NCBI GenBank assembly: GCA_964576935.1
Contig: CAZNXD010000001.1
Span: 1-40,616 of the forward strand
From: an uncultured Pirellulales bacterium
Lineage (GTDB): Bacteria; Planctomycetota; Phycisphaerae; Sedimentisphaerales; Anaerobacaceae
Reading direction: 5' to 3'
Length of the DNA: 40,616 nucleotides
Positions 9,145-19,247 of the stretch are shown here, piece after piece. The first letter of the stretch is position 1. Each line of letters opens with the position of its first letter. The notes under the pieces are model-generated. The model was not told the origin of the DNA and did not search any database. It saw only the letters and a program-made list of their open reading frames with translations. A program made the translations under genes and the position numbers.

Positions 9145-9215
9145 TGTATATAATGTAAAATGTAATATATATTATACTAATATACCCTATTTTGGTATAT
9201 ATTTATTCTACACCT

Positions 9216-12200
9216 CTAGTCAATAACTCGCCCTGTCTGGGAGCTTACTTGGCGGAATAGCTTCTCTGCCTGAGGGGTCTTCAAGGAGGTAACTCGGCCC
9301 CAGTAGAAGAGCCAAGCATCTAGGTGAGGGTTCTTGTACCGGAGTGCTTCCCGAGTCTGGGAGACGTCTGAGCGGAAGCTGGAGATTAGCTTATCCCCAG
9401 TCTTACCTGATGCTATCTCCTTTATAGCAGCTTGTCTGTCTAATTTCTGCTGTGAACTCTCGAGGAATAAGAACTCCTTAATTATTGCCTGCTCATCCTC
9501 TGGGTAGGACTGGAGTGTAGCATCCCAAATGTCGTAGTATTTGCGGAAGTAATTTCCGTAGACATCGTGCCAGACTTCCATCATGGGGGCTGTGTTGCGA
9601 GTTATGTAGTCGCTCCACTTGCCCTTATCCTCATCTGGTATAGCCGCCTCAATCATCTCACGGTTTGCCCAGAACTTATCCCAGTCATATACTCGCTCAC
9701 CAGAGCCTGGGTCAACAGTCTCCTCTAGCTCTATGGAGAAATACATGGACATAAGCTCGTTGTATGGGGACTGGACTGGCATAGTTGTACCATATTTCAT
9801 ATAGTACTCAGTTCTGTTCTCCAATAGCATGAGGGGATTGGCTTTCATCTTCTCATCAATATAAGTCCTCCGCTCAGAATATAGGGATTTGACTCTGGAC
9901 AGGAATGTGTCTGGGGTAAGTCTACCACGCTCAGACCCGGTCAAAAAGTCCTGTTGCAACTCTAGTATTGTTTCTTTCTGCTGCTCTGAGTAAACTCGAA
10001 CATCAGCCCAGTCTAATTCTATCTTATTGAGAATCTCTTGCTGTAAGGAGGGGAGGACAGGATTGATGCTGCCACTATACTTGAACAGCTCTAGTTCCTG
10101 TAGGGCTGCTGATTCCCACGGCTCTAGTCCACCAAGCATATCCCAGAGCTTATAATTGTGCTGGCGAGCATATTTCTGCTGCTCTGCCGAAATGCCCCAG
10201 GTGTCGGCTATGAATTGCTCGGAAGCCTTGTATATAGCGTAGGAGTCATCGGACTTCATACGCATCATACCAGTCTGTTCGAAGAGGGCACTGTGGACTG
10301 CTACGGAACGTCTAGCCTCTGTCCACATCTGCTCCTCCTCCAGGGTGAGTTCCTGACCAGCTCTCATCTTGGCGAAGATAAGGCTACCATCGCCGCCTAA
10401 GTCATCTACACGGCGAGCGGCTAAGTATAGGCGGAAGTTCTCAGGGAATATCTTCTCTGATATGAAGGATACTATCTCGTTATCGGGGTAGGCAGCTATA
10501 AGTGCGTTGAGTGGGGTAGAGGCTGCGGAGGGTAGAATACCTCCAAGTGTACCCTGGCCAGAACCCCCGAACTGGGCTAGGGCTGCTCCGTACACTACAT
10601 TGGGATAGAAGCCGTAGCGACTGATTAAGTCCATAAGTTCAACTACACCGCCGAAGCCCTCGAGCTGGTCATAGTATTCGGGGTAGTCCTTGCGCATTAG
10701 ACGAGTAGACCAAGTGCCGAAGACTGTACCTCGGAGCGGATTAATGTCTATACTAGTGCTGGGAATGTGGACATAGCCATAGTCGGTGTTGTCTTCCCAT
10801 CTGCCCCAGGCTGTGAGAGTACCAGGCCGGCGGAAGAATGTTCGAGGGAGCCAGAACCAACGCTGGGACTCATATGTCCAGAACGGGTAGATGGACTTCA
10901 TGGTAGCGTCTACGATACTGGCATTGGTGTAGTCTGCGTACTCCTTGTAATACCACTTGTGGGACTCGTCTAGGGACTGCTGGCGGATGGTGTCGTAGTC
11001 GGTAAAGCCAGTCTTAGCTACGGTAGGGCCTACCTTGACTGGGGCAGTCATAGGCTTGCGCATGTACCCAGCTAGGACACTGGACTTGATGATAAGTTCA
11101 GACTCACCGACTGCACCAATGGAAACTACATCATCGACTTTGATGAGGATGTTGTCTATATCTACCCTACCAGCACGCTCAGAAATTACTTTATCCATAG
11201 CAGCAGCCTCAGCCACATCTATATCAGCTTTTGAATATCCTCCTGTTAGCTTACTCAAAAAGTCTTCCTTGTATAAATCAAGATTCTTCAATTCAGTGTC
11301 TGAAAATTGTCCTTGCCAAGTGTCCTCAAAGTCCACAGCAGTTTTCCTACTAGAAGTTACATTAACAAATTCTCTATCCAACGACCTCTTCCCTGCTTGT
11401 CCTGTACCTCTATATATCCTAATATACCCAGACGGATACTTTTCCCTAAGTAAGGCTCTGACCTTGGCTAGATATTCTGGGGATTCTGAGGCTAACCTAC
11501 CTATCCCCTGTAAGGCTCTATTATCCGAAACTTGGAACCAAGTGTCTGTGAGTGTCTTCAATGTGAGGTCTTGCCCTGTTGCATCCTTGAAGAATGGAGC
11601 CTCGTTCAGCTTAATATCTATTATTATTTTCTCAGATAACTTAACATCCTCTGCTGCTGAGATAAGTTCCTTACGAATCTTTTCCAGATAGGCGGGGTCG
11701 TCTACCAGCATATCAGCTTTCTCTACTCCAACAAGTTCAGATATTTCCTTTTCCTTCCCTGTAGGTACACGCTGACCAAGGCCAACATCATAGTCAGGTA
11801 CTAGCTGAGTAACTTTCCTCTTCTCATACATTACAGAATCCGCTGCCTTCACTGTCTCGTCTATGTAATTGTCTACAGCAGTCTTCTGCTCTCTAGGGAA
11901 GAGCTTCGCATTGTACAGTTCATGAAAGTCCTTCGTCATGCTCTCAATCTGCATCTGGCGAGTTCGGAACCAGCTGGAGGACTTGGGGTCTACGAGGAGG
12001 CTATTGGTAATCTGGTCGTATACGGACTCTACAGCTTCTCTGGTGAAGCCAACATCCTGGCCTTCCCGAGCCATACCTATGACGTACTCTACGAAGAAAT
12101 CCTTATCCCCCTCTACCAGCAAATTATCCATCAGCAATTTGCTAACATCATCGCCCCTACCACCGATTAGTCTGGCTACGTCTGCAGGGGCCAAAGGGCG

Positions 12201-15200
12201 ATTGCGAACTACTATGGAAGGCCGGGGAGTGAGAGCCACACCAGCTGCTCGGTTGATATCGTCTACAGCCTGGACTAGGCGGGAGTTGAGTGTAGCTATT
12301 TTCTTGTTCATACCATTCCAAAAGTTTTCTTCATGCGCATAGAAGTCGTCCCAGAAGTGCGGATTGCGAAGGTCTTTCTGGGTGGCAGCGGCAAAGTGTG
12401 ACTGACGATATGCTATGTCGCGGGAGCGGGCTGCGCCCATCTCCTGGCGTATAGTTGTAGTGAGGTCAAGGTAACGCTGGGTAGCAGACTTGTATACAGC
12501 GGTTTGGCCGATTTCTGTAGCTGCTACTTTCTCCACCACTCTATCTATGTCTCCAGCTGCATCGTCTAGGAAAGTATGTATCCGGTCAAACTCAAGGTCG
12601 AAGTGTTCTATTCTTTGCTCTATCTTCAGCCCCCTACTCTTCGCCGTTGCTCTCCCCATAATCTGATTAGGGAGTGCTCCATATGTCTGAGTCATCTTGT
12701 GGAGGTTCACAATTACTTCCGCAAGGTCATCGGGACTGGTAACTTCTAGTTCTGTCAATATATCTGCCAACTGTCGGAACTGCGCTCTAGCCTTCTCCGG
12801 GCCTTTGAGGAAGTCATCTAATTCGGCTTGCATTACTGAACCCTTCATGAAACTATCAATATTCTCAGGACTGCGCAATAGCTCCCGGTAATTCTGGAAG
12901 ACCAGGCTGCGGGATGTAGGGGAGACTTCGGGGTAGCGCATTAGAATATCATCCACCTCTACTCGATTAATCCTGTTACGAGTGAATCGGCTCTTGAGAT
13001 GACTGATAAGCTCAGTATTGTCTAGATTCAACTGGCCTGTTAGCTTAGCATTACGAACATCATTAGCTAACGCTCGTCTTACCCACTTGGGAGCGTTGTC
13101 TAATTCTGCAGGTAGATGCTTAGGGCCAGCTTGCAGCAATGCCTTATATGTGTCGCCACCAGCAGCAGCCAAGAGCTGTCTGTACTTGCCGAGGACAAAG
13201 TTTCTGCGCACATCCTGGCCTACACCACCAAATAGCTCTACCATAGTAGTATATGCTGCTTTGCTAAAACGAACAGGTGTTACTTTACCCCTTGTTGCTA
13301 AATATGTAGGAACACTCAAAGGTGAGAGGGAGGCAGTGAGTATCCAGTTAGCCCGCTGTGGGTCGCCCGTTTCTCTCAGCGGGCCTATCATTTCACTCAT
13401 ACCTGCTCGGCGAAGTTCAGGGTCTCCTAGCAATCCCATAGTGCCTATGTCCCACTGTTCGAGGGAAGCTCTGCCTGGCTTAACACCACCAAGGAAACTA
13501 CGGAACATATCTTCGAAGGTATTCATAGGGCCATACAGACCAAAGGTGAGATATGACTCGGCTGCTGGTCTAATAAGCATCCGGTCTAACTGCTTGAACC
13601 AAGGTCGGACTAGGCGGGAGTCTACATGATATGCGAGGGACATGAATCTACCAGATTTGCTGGCATATGTAGCTAATGCGCTCTCCCCCAACTTTGTATA
13701 GACCTTAAGCATTTTCCTACCATATGCTCGCATTACAGCATTGGCGGAGTCTTGTACGGCGAACTCTGCTGCGTTTTCTATAATATTATTAGCCTTGTTG
13801 GAAAGGTACCTGCCTATCATGGCAGTAGCATCGCCAGTAGTCTCGCCTAAATAAGTAACACCGAGCTTGGCTAGTAACATGTCTGTAGCTTCCACTCCCG
13901 TTATCTCCCGCTGAAAGAACCGCTCGAAGATTGTGTCTATGTCGAAGAGGGTGTCTATATTAACGCTGGCTGGCTCTATAGTATGCGCCCCTAAAGCTCT
14001 GACACGAGTAATGAGACTATTGACTTCTCGCTCATCTATGGGAGCATGGGCCAGCATTTCAACTGCGGCCTTGGCTATGTCGTCCTCGGCTCTGGGGTTC
14101 TCTACCCAGTGGGCTACTGCCGACTGTGCAGCCTCATACATGTCCTTTGGCTTGAGGAAGGACAGAGGAACCTTGCCTCGCTTGGTGTGGTTCTCGAAGA
14201 ATCGGTCTAGGACAGCCTGGGACTCCCTAGTAAGCTTTGACGCTCGCTGCACTACGGTCTTCGGGATAACATGCCCAGTCAGGTACTTGAGAGCATCAAA
14301 CGGCAAGTCCATAACTTCAGAGGCACTAGCAAAAGCTCCAGCTGCGGAACCTAATGTTCTAGAAGCAAACGACCCAGCTCTAGCCGAACCGGCTCCCCAC
14401 CTAAGAGCCACACCTGCCAGAGGAATCCAGGTCATGGGGTCTACAATTCCCTCCATGACCAGGTATTTAAGGGTAAAGTCAAAGACAGGCGGGCCAGGTG
14501 CATCCCACTGTTCCCAGGCATACACGAGAACTTCTCTATCAGAAGCTTCTGGATTAGTTCGCTTGAATTCTTCCTTAGCTCTACGAATGTCTGGAATCAT
14601 CCCGTATACCCAGCCAGCTGCTGGCATACTAACATGCTCGAAATACATGCTCAATACTTCGAGGGTATGGAGGGCTGGTTGGAGAGCGATGGACTTCATT
14701 AATTCTGCTCTTGTCTGCTCTGGGAACTTAATCCCGTTTGCCCTTATCTCATCAAGAAGGCTCTTGTGATTCTTAGCCTCAGCAATTAACTGTTCTGTAG
14801 TAATGGCCAGCTGTTGGTCTACGTCCTCGTCACTCCAGCCCTTGTCCTTCAAATGTGCGTTCATCTCTTCCTCAGTAAGGGCAGAGGCTGGAATCTGTGG
14901 TGCTCTTAGTGCAGACAATATTTCCTGCCTAGACAGTTGACTAATGGTTACGGGCTTTGCAGTTGTCTGCTCTGGAGGGGCTTCTAATGGGGGATATTCT
15001 AGTCCAAAGACATTATCCTGTACCTCCCCATTCTCATCAATTTGAGGAGAAGTGAATTGCTTATCTCTTGCTGCTATGAGTGAGCCTATGTCCATACGAA
15101 GTTGCTGGAACTCCGCTTCGTCTAAGTCAGGTGGTATGCTAGTAAAAGCAAGTGCTTCGTCAGTACTATTGACTGAGCCAGAGGACACTAGGGCTGGTAT

Positions 15201-15542
15201 GTAACTGTACAGTTCATCGTAGAAAGCCAAGTGCAAGATACTCTCAAGTTCTACCTGAGCAATATCTTCGGTCTGCTGGATATATTCCTTAGTTCCAGCT
15301 TGGTATGCTTCTATAAGAGGAGCAGAGGAGGGATGGAAGGAAGTAGGAAGCCGCTCATACCATTTCTTCCTCTCCGGGAACTTAGGCTGTACTTGTGGCT
15401 GGGTCTGCATGTCCTTAGCATCAGGCCATTGGGGAGGTACAGGTGTAGTACGAAGACGAAGCTGGAAAGCAGCCTCTTCTCTCTTCTTTCCCCACTCTGT
15501 TAGTTGCTTCTGGAACCCTTGTCCAAATGCTATATCAGGCAT
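9216..15542 (-). CDS. Giant head-module protein (2108 aa) with an embedded ADP-ribosyltransferase-like segment; probable packaged or ejected protein
   Basis: Uninterrupted 6.3-kb ORF with GAAGGAG RBS, located between the portal and scaffold genes. Confidence 0.85.
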   Translation of the reverse strand: MPDIAFGQGFQKQLTEWGKKREEAAFQLRLRTTPVPPQWPDAKDMQTQPQVQPKFPERKKWYERLPTSFHPSSAPLIEAYQAGTKEYIQQTEDIAQVELESILHLAFYDELYSYIPALVSSGSVNSTDEALAFTSIPPDLDEAEFQQLRMDIGSLIAARDKQFTSPQIDENGEVQDNVFGLEYPPLEAPPEQTTAKPVTISQLSRQEILSALRAPQIPASALTEEEMNAHLKDKGWSDEDVDQQLAITTEQLIAEAKNHKSLLDEIRANGIKFPEQTRAELMKSIALQPALHTLEVLSMYFEHVSMPAAGWVYGMIPDIRRAKEEFKRTNPEASDREVLVYAWEQWDAPGPPVFDFTLKYLVMEGIVDPMTWIPLAGVALRWGAGSARAGSFASRTLGSAAGAFASASEVMDLPFDALKYLTGHVIPKTVVQRASKLTRESQAVLDRFFENHTKRGKVPLSFLKPKDMYEAAQSAVAHWVENPRAEDDIAKAAVEMLAHAPIDEREVNSLITRVRALGAHTIEPASVNIDTLFDIDTIFERFFQREITGVEATDMLLAKLGVTYLGETTGDATAMIGRYLSNKANNIIENAAEFAVQDSANAVMRAYGRKMLKVYTKLGESALATYASKSGRFMSLAYHVDSRLVRPWFKQLDRMLIRPAAESYLTFGLYGPMNTFEDMFRSFLGGVKPGRASLEQWDIGTMGLLGDPELRRAGMSEMIGPLRETGDPQRANWILTASLSPLSVPTYLATRGKVTPVRFSKAAYTTMVELFGGVGQDVRRNFVLGKYRQLLAAAGGDTYKALLQAGPKHLPAELDNAPKWVRRALANDVRNAKLTGQLNLDNTELISHLKSRFTRNRINRVEVDDILMRYPEVSPTSRSLVFQNYRELLRSPENIDSFMKGSVMQAELDDFLKGPEKARAQFRQLADILTELEVTSPDDLAEVIVNLHKMTQTYGALPNQIMGRATAKSRGLKIEQRIEHFDLEFDRIHTFLDDAAGDIDRVVEKVAATEIGQTAVYKSATQRYLDLTTTIRQEMGAARSRDIAYRQSHFAAATQKDLRNPHFWDDFYAHEENFWNGMNKKIATLNSRLVQAVDDINRAAGVALTPRPSIVVRNRPLAPADVARLIGGRGDDVSKLLMDNLLVEGDKDFFVEYVIGMAREGQDVGFTREAVESVYDQITNSLLVDPKSSSWFRTRQMQIESMTKDFHELYNAKLFPREQKTAVDNYIDETVKAADSVMYEKRKVTQLVPDYDVGLGQRVPTGKEKEISELVGVEKADMLVDDPAYLEKIRKELISAAEDVKLSEKIIIDIKLNEAPFFKDATGQDLTLKTLTDTWFQVSDNRALQGIGRLASESPEYLAKVRALLREKYPSGYIRIYRGTGQAGKRSLDREFVNVTSSRKTAVDFEDTWQGQFSDTELKNLDLYKEDFLSKLTGGYSKADIDVAEAAAMDKVISERAGRVDIDNILIKVDDVVSIGAVGESELIIKSSVLAGYMRKPMTAPVKVGPTVAKTGFTDYDTIRQQSLDESHKWYYKEYADYTNASIVDATMKSIYPFWTYESQRWFWLPRTFFRRPGTLTAWGRWEDNTDYGYVHIPSTSIDINPLRGTVFGTWSTRLMRKDYPEYYDQLEGFGGVVELMDLISRYGFYPNVVYGAALAQFGGSGQGTLGGILPSAASTPLNALIAAYPDNEIVSFISEKIFPENFRLYLAARRVDDLGGDGSLIFAKMRAGQELTLEEEQMWTEARRSVAVHSALFEQTGMMRMKSDDSYAIYKASEQFIADTWGISAEQQKYARQHNYKLWDMLGGLEPWESAALQELELFKYSGSINPVLPSLQQEILNKIELDWADVRVYSEQQKETILELQQDFLTGSERGRLTPDTFLSRVKSLYSERRTYIDEKMKANPLMLLENRTEYYMKYGTTMPVQSPYNELMSMYFSIELEETVDPGSGERVYDWDKFWANREMIEAAIPDEDKGKWSDYITRNTAPMMEVWHDVYGNYFRKYYDIWDATLQSYPEDEQAIIKEFLFLESSQQKLDRQAAIKEIASGKTGDKLISSFRSDVSQTREALRYKNPHLDAWLFYWGRVTSLKTPQAEKLFRQVSSQTGRVID
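11040..11480 (-). other. ADP-ribosyltransferase-like domain (approximate bounds, aa ~1355-1500 of the giant protein)
   Basis: YIRIYR(1378)G, then NVTS(1397)S(1398)RKTAVDF, then AVGE(1480)SE(1482)LIIKSS. This is the Arg / S-x-S / E-x-E order of the R-S-E ART class. Confidence 0.55.
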
Positions 15543-15566
15543 ATTGTACTCCTTCGCACTATTATG

Positions 15567-17240
15567 CTATTGGCCGGTTGTATTCATAGGAGGTGCAGCG
15601 CCTTGAGGAGGAACAGCCTCTGGTCTGTTACCGTAGGGAAGCTGAGAGCCGCCTTGCTGTGGCTGTTGCTGCCCCATAAGCTGCTGCTCCCTAGCGTTAG
15701 CAACCTTCTCATACAGCTCTGCAGCTTCTAAGTCCTTAGCCCTACGTAAGAGATTCGCTTCGTCTCTCAGAGCCTGTACAAGATTGATGGCAGCAAATAC
15801 AGGGTCACGTCTAGCTGTACCAGCATCACGTCTGGCAATCTCCTCGGCAGGATTGCGAATCTCCGGGAAGTCCCATTCCATAATCCGCTCTTCGCTAAGG
15901 GTGAAATCGGGATTAAGCATACGGGCGTTGGTCGCTCGCTGGGTAAGGTCACCAGGTATCCTTAATTCGTATTCGGCAGAAATCTCGAAGTCCTCGGGGA
16001 GGCCAGCTGGTAATGTCCTCCCATATGGTTTATAGCCAAATTCCTTCATCTGATATGCCCAGGAATTATCAATATCACTAATGCAATCTATGATGCCCCT
16101 GTGGAAAGGCTTGGCTGTGTTATTGGTAGAAGCTACTACCTGGCTCATTACATAGGCAGTCATGCCGCTGGAGACATTACCATACTGTGACCAAGTAGGG
16201 CCTCCACGCTGCATCATGGCTTCCATGTCCAACTGGGTACTGCGGATTTCTCCTGGCATAGGAGGAGGATTCAAATAGCCAAGTTCATCTTGCTGGCCCA
16301 GCTTAAAATGCGCTCCTCGTGCATCCCAGTCCTCAGGTTTGACTATTCTATTAGTACCTGCAGATTTCTCATATGTTCTTGGCTGGGCAGTGTCTCTGAG
16401 TATCTGGAGAACAAATGTCCACCACTTGTCGAAGGACTTGTAGATGTTCTCGTTAGTGGCTAGGGGAGGCTGGCCTATCTCTCCCTTCCAGCGGTCTGAC
16501 CTGCGAATGTTTATTTCCCCAGTGTCTGGCAAACCACCAATAGGAGAGACATAAATTGGGATGCGACTAAGCCGCAGTTCTGCAGTATCTGGCTTTACTA
16601 GTATGTTCCCTAGGACTACGGCGTTGTGAACTTTGCCTCCGTCATCAAGCCACCAGTAGTCATAACAAGTAGCTCTGTCCATGTTAGTAGAAAACTCCCA
16701 ATGGTTGCGAGTAGCTAACCGCTTGGCCTGGGAAGAGGACAGGCTCCAGATATGCGGGCACTCGGTAAGCGTATCATCCCAGATTGGGAAGACTGTAGCT
16801 GGATTCCAAGGCTCAGTAATACAAGTAGAACCATCTACGCTAATCAGAGAAAAGACAGAATACCAGCCAGTAGATATTAAGAAACCAATAAGGTCACGCA
16901 TGAAGTACCGGCCTCGCTGTCTATAGCCATTCTGTACCTTACTCCAAATATATTCGAAGTTGGCAGATAGCTCGGCTGCTGGTATTGTTTCCTCCATAGT
17001 CAAGTTCTCTGGCTTTATGCGGTGAGGAATCTTCTGGTCAAGGACACTTAGAATTAGGTTAAAGGCTGCCCTGGGGTCGTTACCTACAAAAGACTCCATG
17101 TTCTTCTGCGCCAGTCTATCAATCATCTGAATCTGCTCATACCAGTCTTTGAATCTCCGGTTCCGCTCACCCCAGTATTTCTTCAGTGTGTCGCAGCGGG
17201 CGACTACATTTGCACTAGTCATTGTATTACTAACTGTCAT
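15567..17240 (-). CDS. Portal protein
   Basis: 557 aa, immediately downstream of the large terminase, with a Gln/Pro-rich C-terminal tail. The assignment rests on size and synteny. Confidence 0.7.
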   Translation of the reverse strand: MTVSNTMTSANVVARCDTLKKYWGERNRRFKDWYEQIQMIDRLAQKNMESFVGNDPRAAFNLILSVLDQKIPHRIKPENLTMEETIPAAELSANFEYIWSKVQNGYRQRGRYFMRDLIGFLISTGWYSVFSLISVDGSTCITEPWNPATVFPIWDDTLTECPHIWSLSSSQAKRLATRNHWEFSTNMDRATCYDYWWLDDGGKVHNAVVLGNILVKPDTAELRLSRIPIYVSPIGGLPDTGEINIRRSDRWKGEIGQPPLATNENIYKSFDKWWTFVLQILRDTAQPRTYEKSAGTNRIVKPEDWDARGAHFKLGQQDELGYLNPPPMPGEIRSTQLDMEAMMQRGGPTWSQYGNVSSGMTAYVMSQVVASTNNTAKPFHRGIIDCISDIDNSWAYQMKEFGYKPYGRTLPAGLPEDFEISAEYELRIPGDLTQRATNARMLNPDFTLSEERIMEWDFPEIRNPAEEIARRDAGTARRDPVFAAINLVQALRDEANLLRRAKDLEAAELYEKVANAREQQLMGQQQPQQGGSQLPYGNRPEAVPPQGAAPPMNTTGQ

Positions 17241-17250
17241 TATCTACTCC

Positions 17251-18858
17251 TTATCCCCAGCCATCTTTCCATCCCTTTGCCCCTATAAGTCCTCGTTCTA
17301 CTGGTACGGAACTCCGGCAAACTATGGCTATACCAAGACTATCATGGTAGTCGTCTGCACCTATGGAAGTAGGAATGATGGTGCTACCGGATTTTATTTC
17401 CTTTATATTCCTACACTGCTCAATGATGCGAATATCGTGACATTCGATAACTGGTAGGAGCCGGGCCACTTCATTGCACATATACTTCTTCGTACTCCGG
17501 TTAGTCTGCCAGCCTACCTTCTTCCCAACCAGTCCAGTATCCGGGTCTGTTCTATAGTACAGGTCAGGGTAATCACTAATATAACCTACGAATCCTAATG
17601 CGTCCTCTGTAGCTATAGTTGCTCCATTATAGTATCTAGCCAAGTCCTTAGACTTCTGTGCCATATCTGGCTGGTCATATAGACCGGCAAGGGTGGCTAC
17701 ATGGCGCATAAGGACATCACCAGCGGCAACCCAGACAGTGGCTACAGACTTCGACTTCTTCCCCTCTCCGGGGTCTATGGCGACTAGGTACTTCTGACCT
17801 TCCTGCGGATGCTCCCATATGTCAGCGAAGTAGGCGTGGGAAGGAGCTTCATAACAGTCTCTGGCCATGTCGTTAATCCGCTCATGGTCATACCACATAT
17901 CTCCAGCAGCCTGGAAACAGGTTACATCGTCCTCTGGGTATTCCTGACCGAATAGAAGAACATGCTCGCTGCTGCGGCGGAGACTGGCGAATTCTACTCG
18001 CTTGTATCTACGCCAACGAAGCTTGTTGTGGCCATCCTGCATGGATACGCCCATAGCCTCGAAGCGGAGTAATAGGGCTATCTCGTCATCAGACAAATTG
18101 GGAAGTATAGGCTCCTCGTCTCCTGGTAAAGCGTAGGGGCTGTATGGAAGAAGGCTGTACTCTGGATGCTGATACCAGGCATAAAAGTGAGCTTTGAATA
18201 TAGACTGGCCAATGTCTTTGCCTTCTTTGGCTGCCATATACAGTTCAAAGAAATCATTATCCTCCCCATTAGGTGTGCTTAATGCCCGAACCTTAGTATT
18301 CGGAAGGAGAGGTACACGTTGGAGTGCAGCAGCAAAAGCATCGGCTGCAGTACCTAATGGCCAGAAGCCTAACTCGTCTAAGAGCAAATTATGAATCGGC
18401 TCACCACGAGGCATGGAGAAAGACTTAGCACTGGCTATATAGAAACTGCTCTCACCATGCTTCTTCCCCTTGCTATCCCTAAACTCATAGGTCTTTTCAA
18501 ACGTAGACTTATGCTTGAGTTCGGGAATAGTATTATTCTCCTTATACAGATTATCATATATAGCCTGGGCTTTGCGTAGAAGACGGCCAGTAATAAACTC
18601 GTCATAACTGATAATGACAGAAGTTGTGCCAGGGATAGTAATGCAATCTAGTAGATAATCGCACATGAAGAGGGTGGTTGCGCCTACTTGGGAAGGCTTC
18701 ACATAGACATCCCTGGATGTGGAAGTATCATACATATCATTCTGGATTGGGTTGAAGATAAAGGGCACAAGTTGTCTGTCCTTACCCTCAACTCGAATGA
18801 CAGATTCGATAAGTCTACGCCGGTCTATTACTGGTACAGTTCGTTCTTCGACTACCAT
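17251..18858 (-). CDS. terL: Terminase large subunit
   Basis: Walker A-like KPSQVGATT and Walker B LLLDELGF, followed by an RNaseH-like nuclease half beginning YLVAIDPGEG. 535 aa. Confidence 0.85.
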   Translation of the reverse strand: MVVEERTVPVIDRRRLIESVIRVEGKDRQLVPFIFNPIQNDMYDTSTSRDVYVKPSQVGATTLFMCDYLLDCITIPGTTSVIISYDEFITGRLLRKAQAIYDNLYKENNTIPELKHKSTFEKTYEFRDSKGKKHGESSFYIASAKSFSMPRGEPIHNLLLDELGFWPLGTAADAFAAALQRVPLLPNTKVRALSTPNGEDNDFFELYMAAKEGKDIGQSIFKAHFYAWYQHPEYSLLPYSPYALPGDEEPILPNLSDDEIALLLRFEAMGVSMQDGHNKLRWRRYKRVEFASLRRSSEHVLLFGQEYPEDDVTCFQAAGDMWYDHERINDMARDCYEAPSHAYFADIWEHPQEGQKYLVAIDPGEGKKSKSVATVWVAAGDVLMRHVATLAGLYDQPDMAQKSKDLARYYNGATIATEDALGFVGYISDYPDLYYRTDPDTGLVGKKVGWQTNRSTKKYMCNEVARLLPVIECHDIRIIEQCRNIKEIKSGSTIIPTSIGADDYHDSLGIAIVCRSSVPVERGLIGAKGWKDGWG

Positions 18859-19238
18859 TATGCTCCCGGGAAGGTGACAGACTTCTTATCAGTAGAGTGG
18901 ACTAGTTCTCCACTACCTTCTATCTCCTTGCCCCTAGGAAAGTGTATTCTCTTTATCTTGACCTTCTCTGTATCAGTAGAAACCATATCTGTATTAGCTT
19001 CTGGGAGTTCTATCTGGTCGGGGTCAGCATCCTCCCTTTCAGTGTTCGGGTAGAAGTATATGTAGAAGCGGTCTGGGAAAAGCTCGGCAATCTTCCGTTT
19101 CTTAACTAAGCCTATCTCCCCTTCATAACTGACTGTGACATAAGGTTCGGCAGCTATGGGAACAGATATACTATGCTTCCGTTCTCCAAAGATACCATGT
19201 ATCTCGTCTATTACTAGGTCTAGGCTAAATGCAGCCAT
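18858..19238 (-). CDS. Hypothetical protein, 126 aa, upstream of terL
   Basis: Intact ORF whose stop overlaps the terL start (TAATG). No recognisable motif. Confidence 0.6.
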   Translation of the reverse strand: MAAFSLDLVIDEIHGIFGERKHSISVPIAAEPYVTVSYEGEIGLVKKRKIAELFPDRFYIYFYPNTEREDADPDQIELPEANTDMVSTDTEKVKIKRIHFPRGKEIEGSGELVHSTDKKSVTFPGA

Positions 19239-19247
19239 ACTTACCTC

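Noticed and set aside
9216-15542. Giant protein as a virion RNA polymerase (N4 vRNAP or crAss-type)
   Set aside because: I could not find a DxDGD-type double-psi barrel motif. I also found no T7-like motifs (DxxGR, Rx3Kx6-7YG, HDS). The only recognisable signature is ART-like. A profile search could still overturn this.
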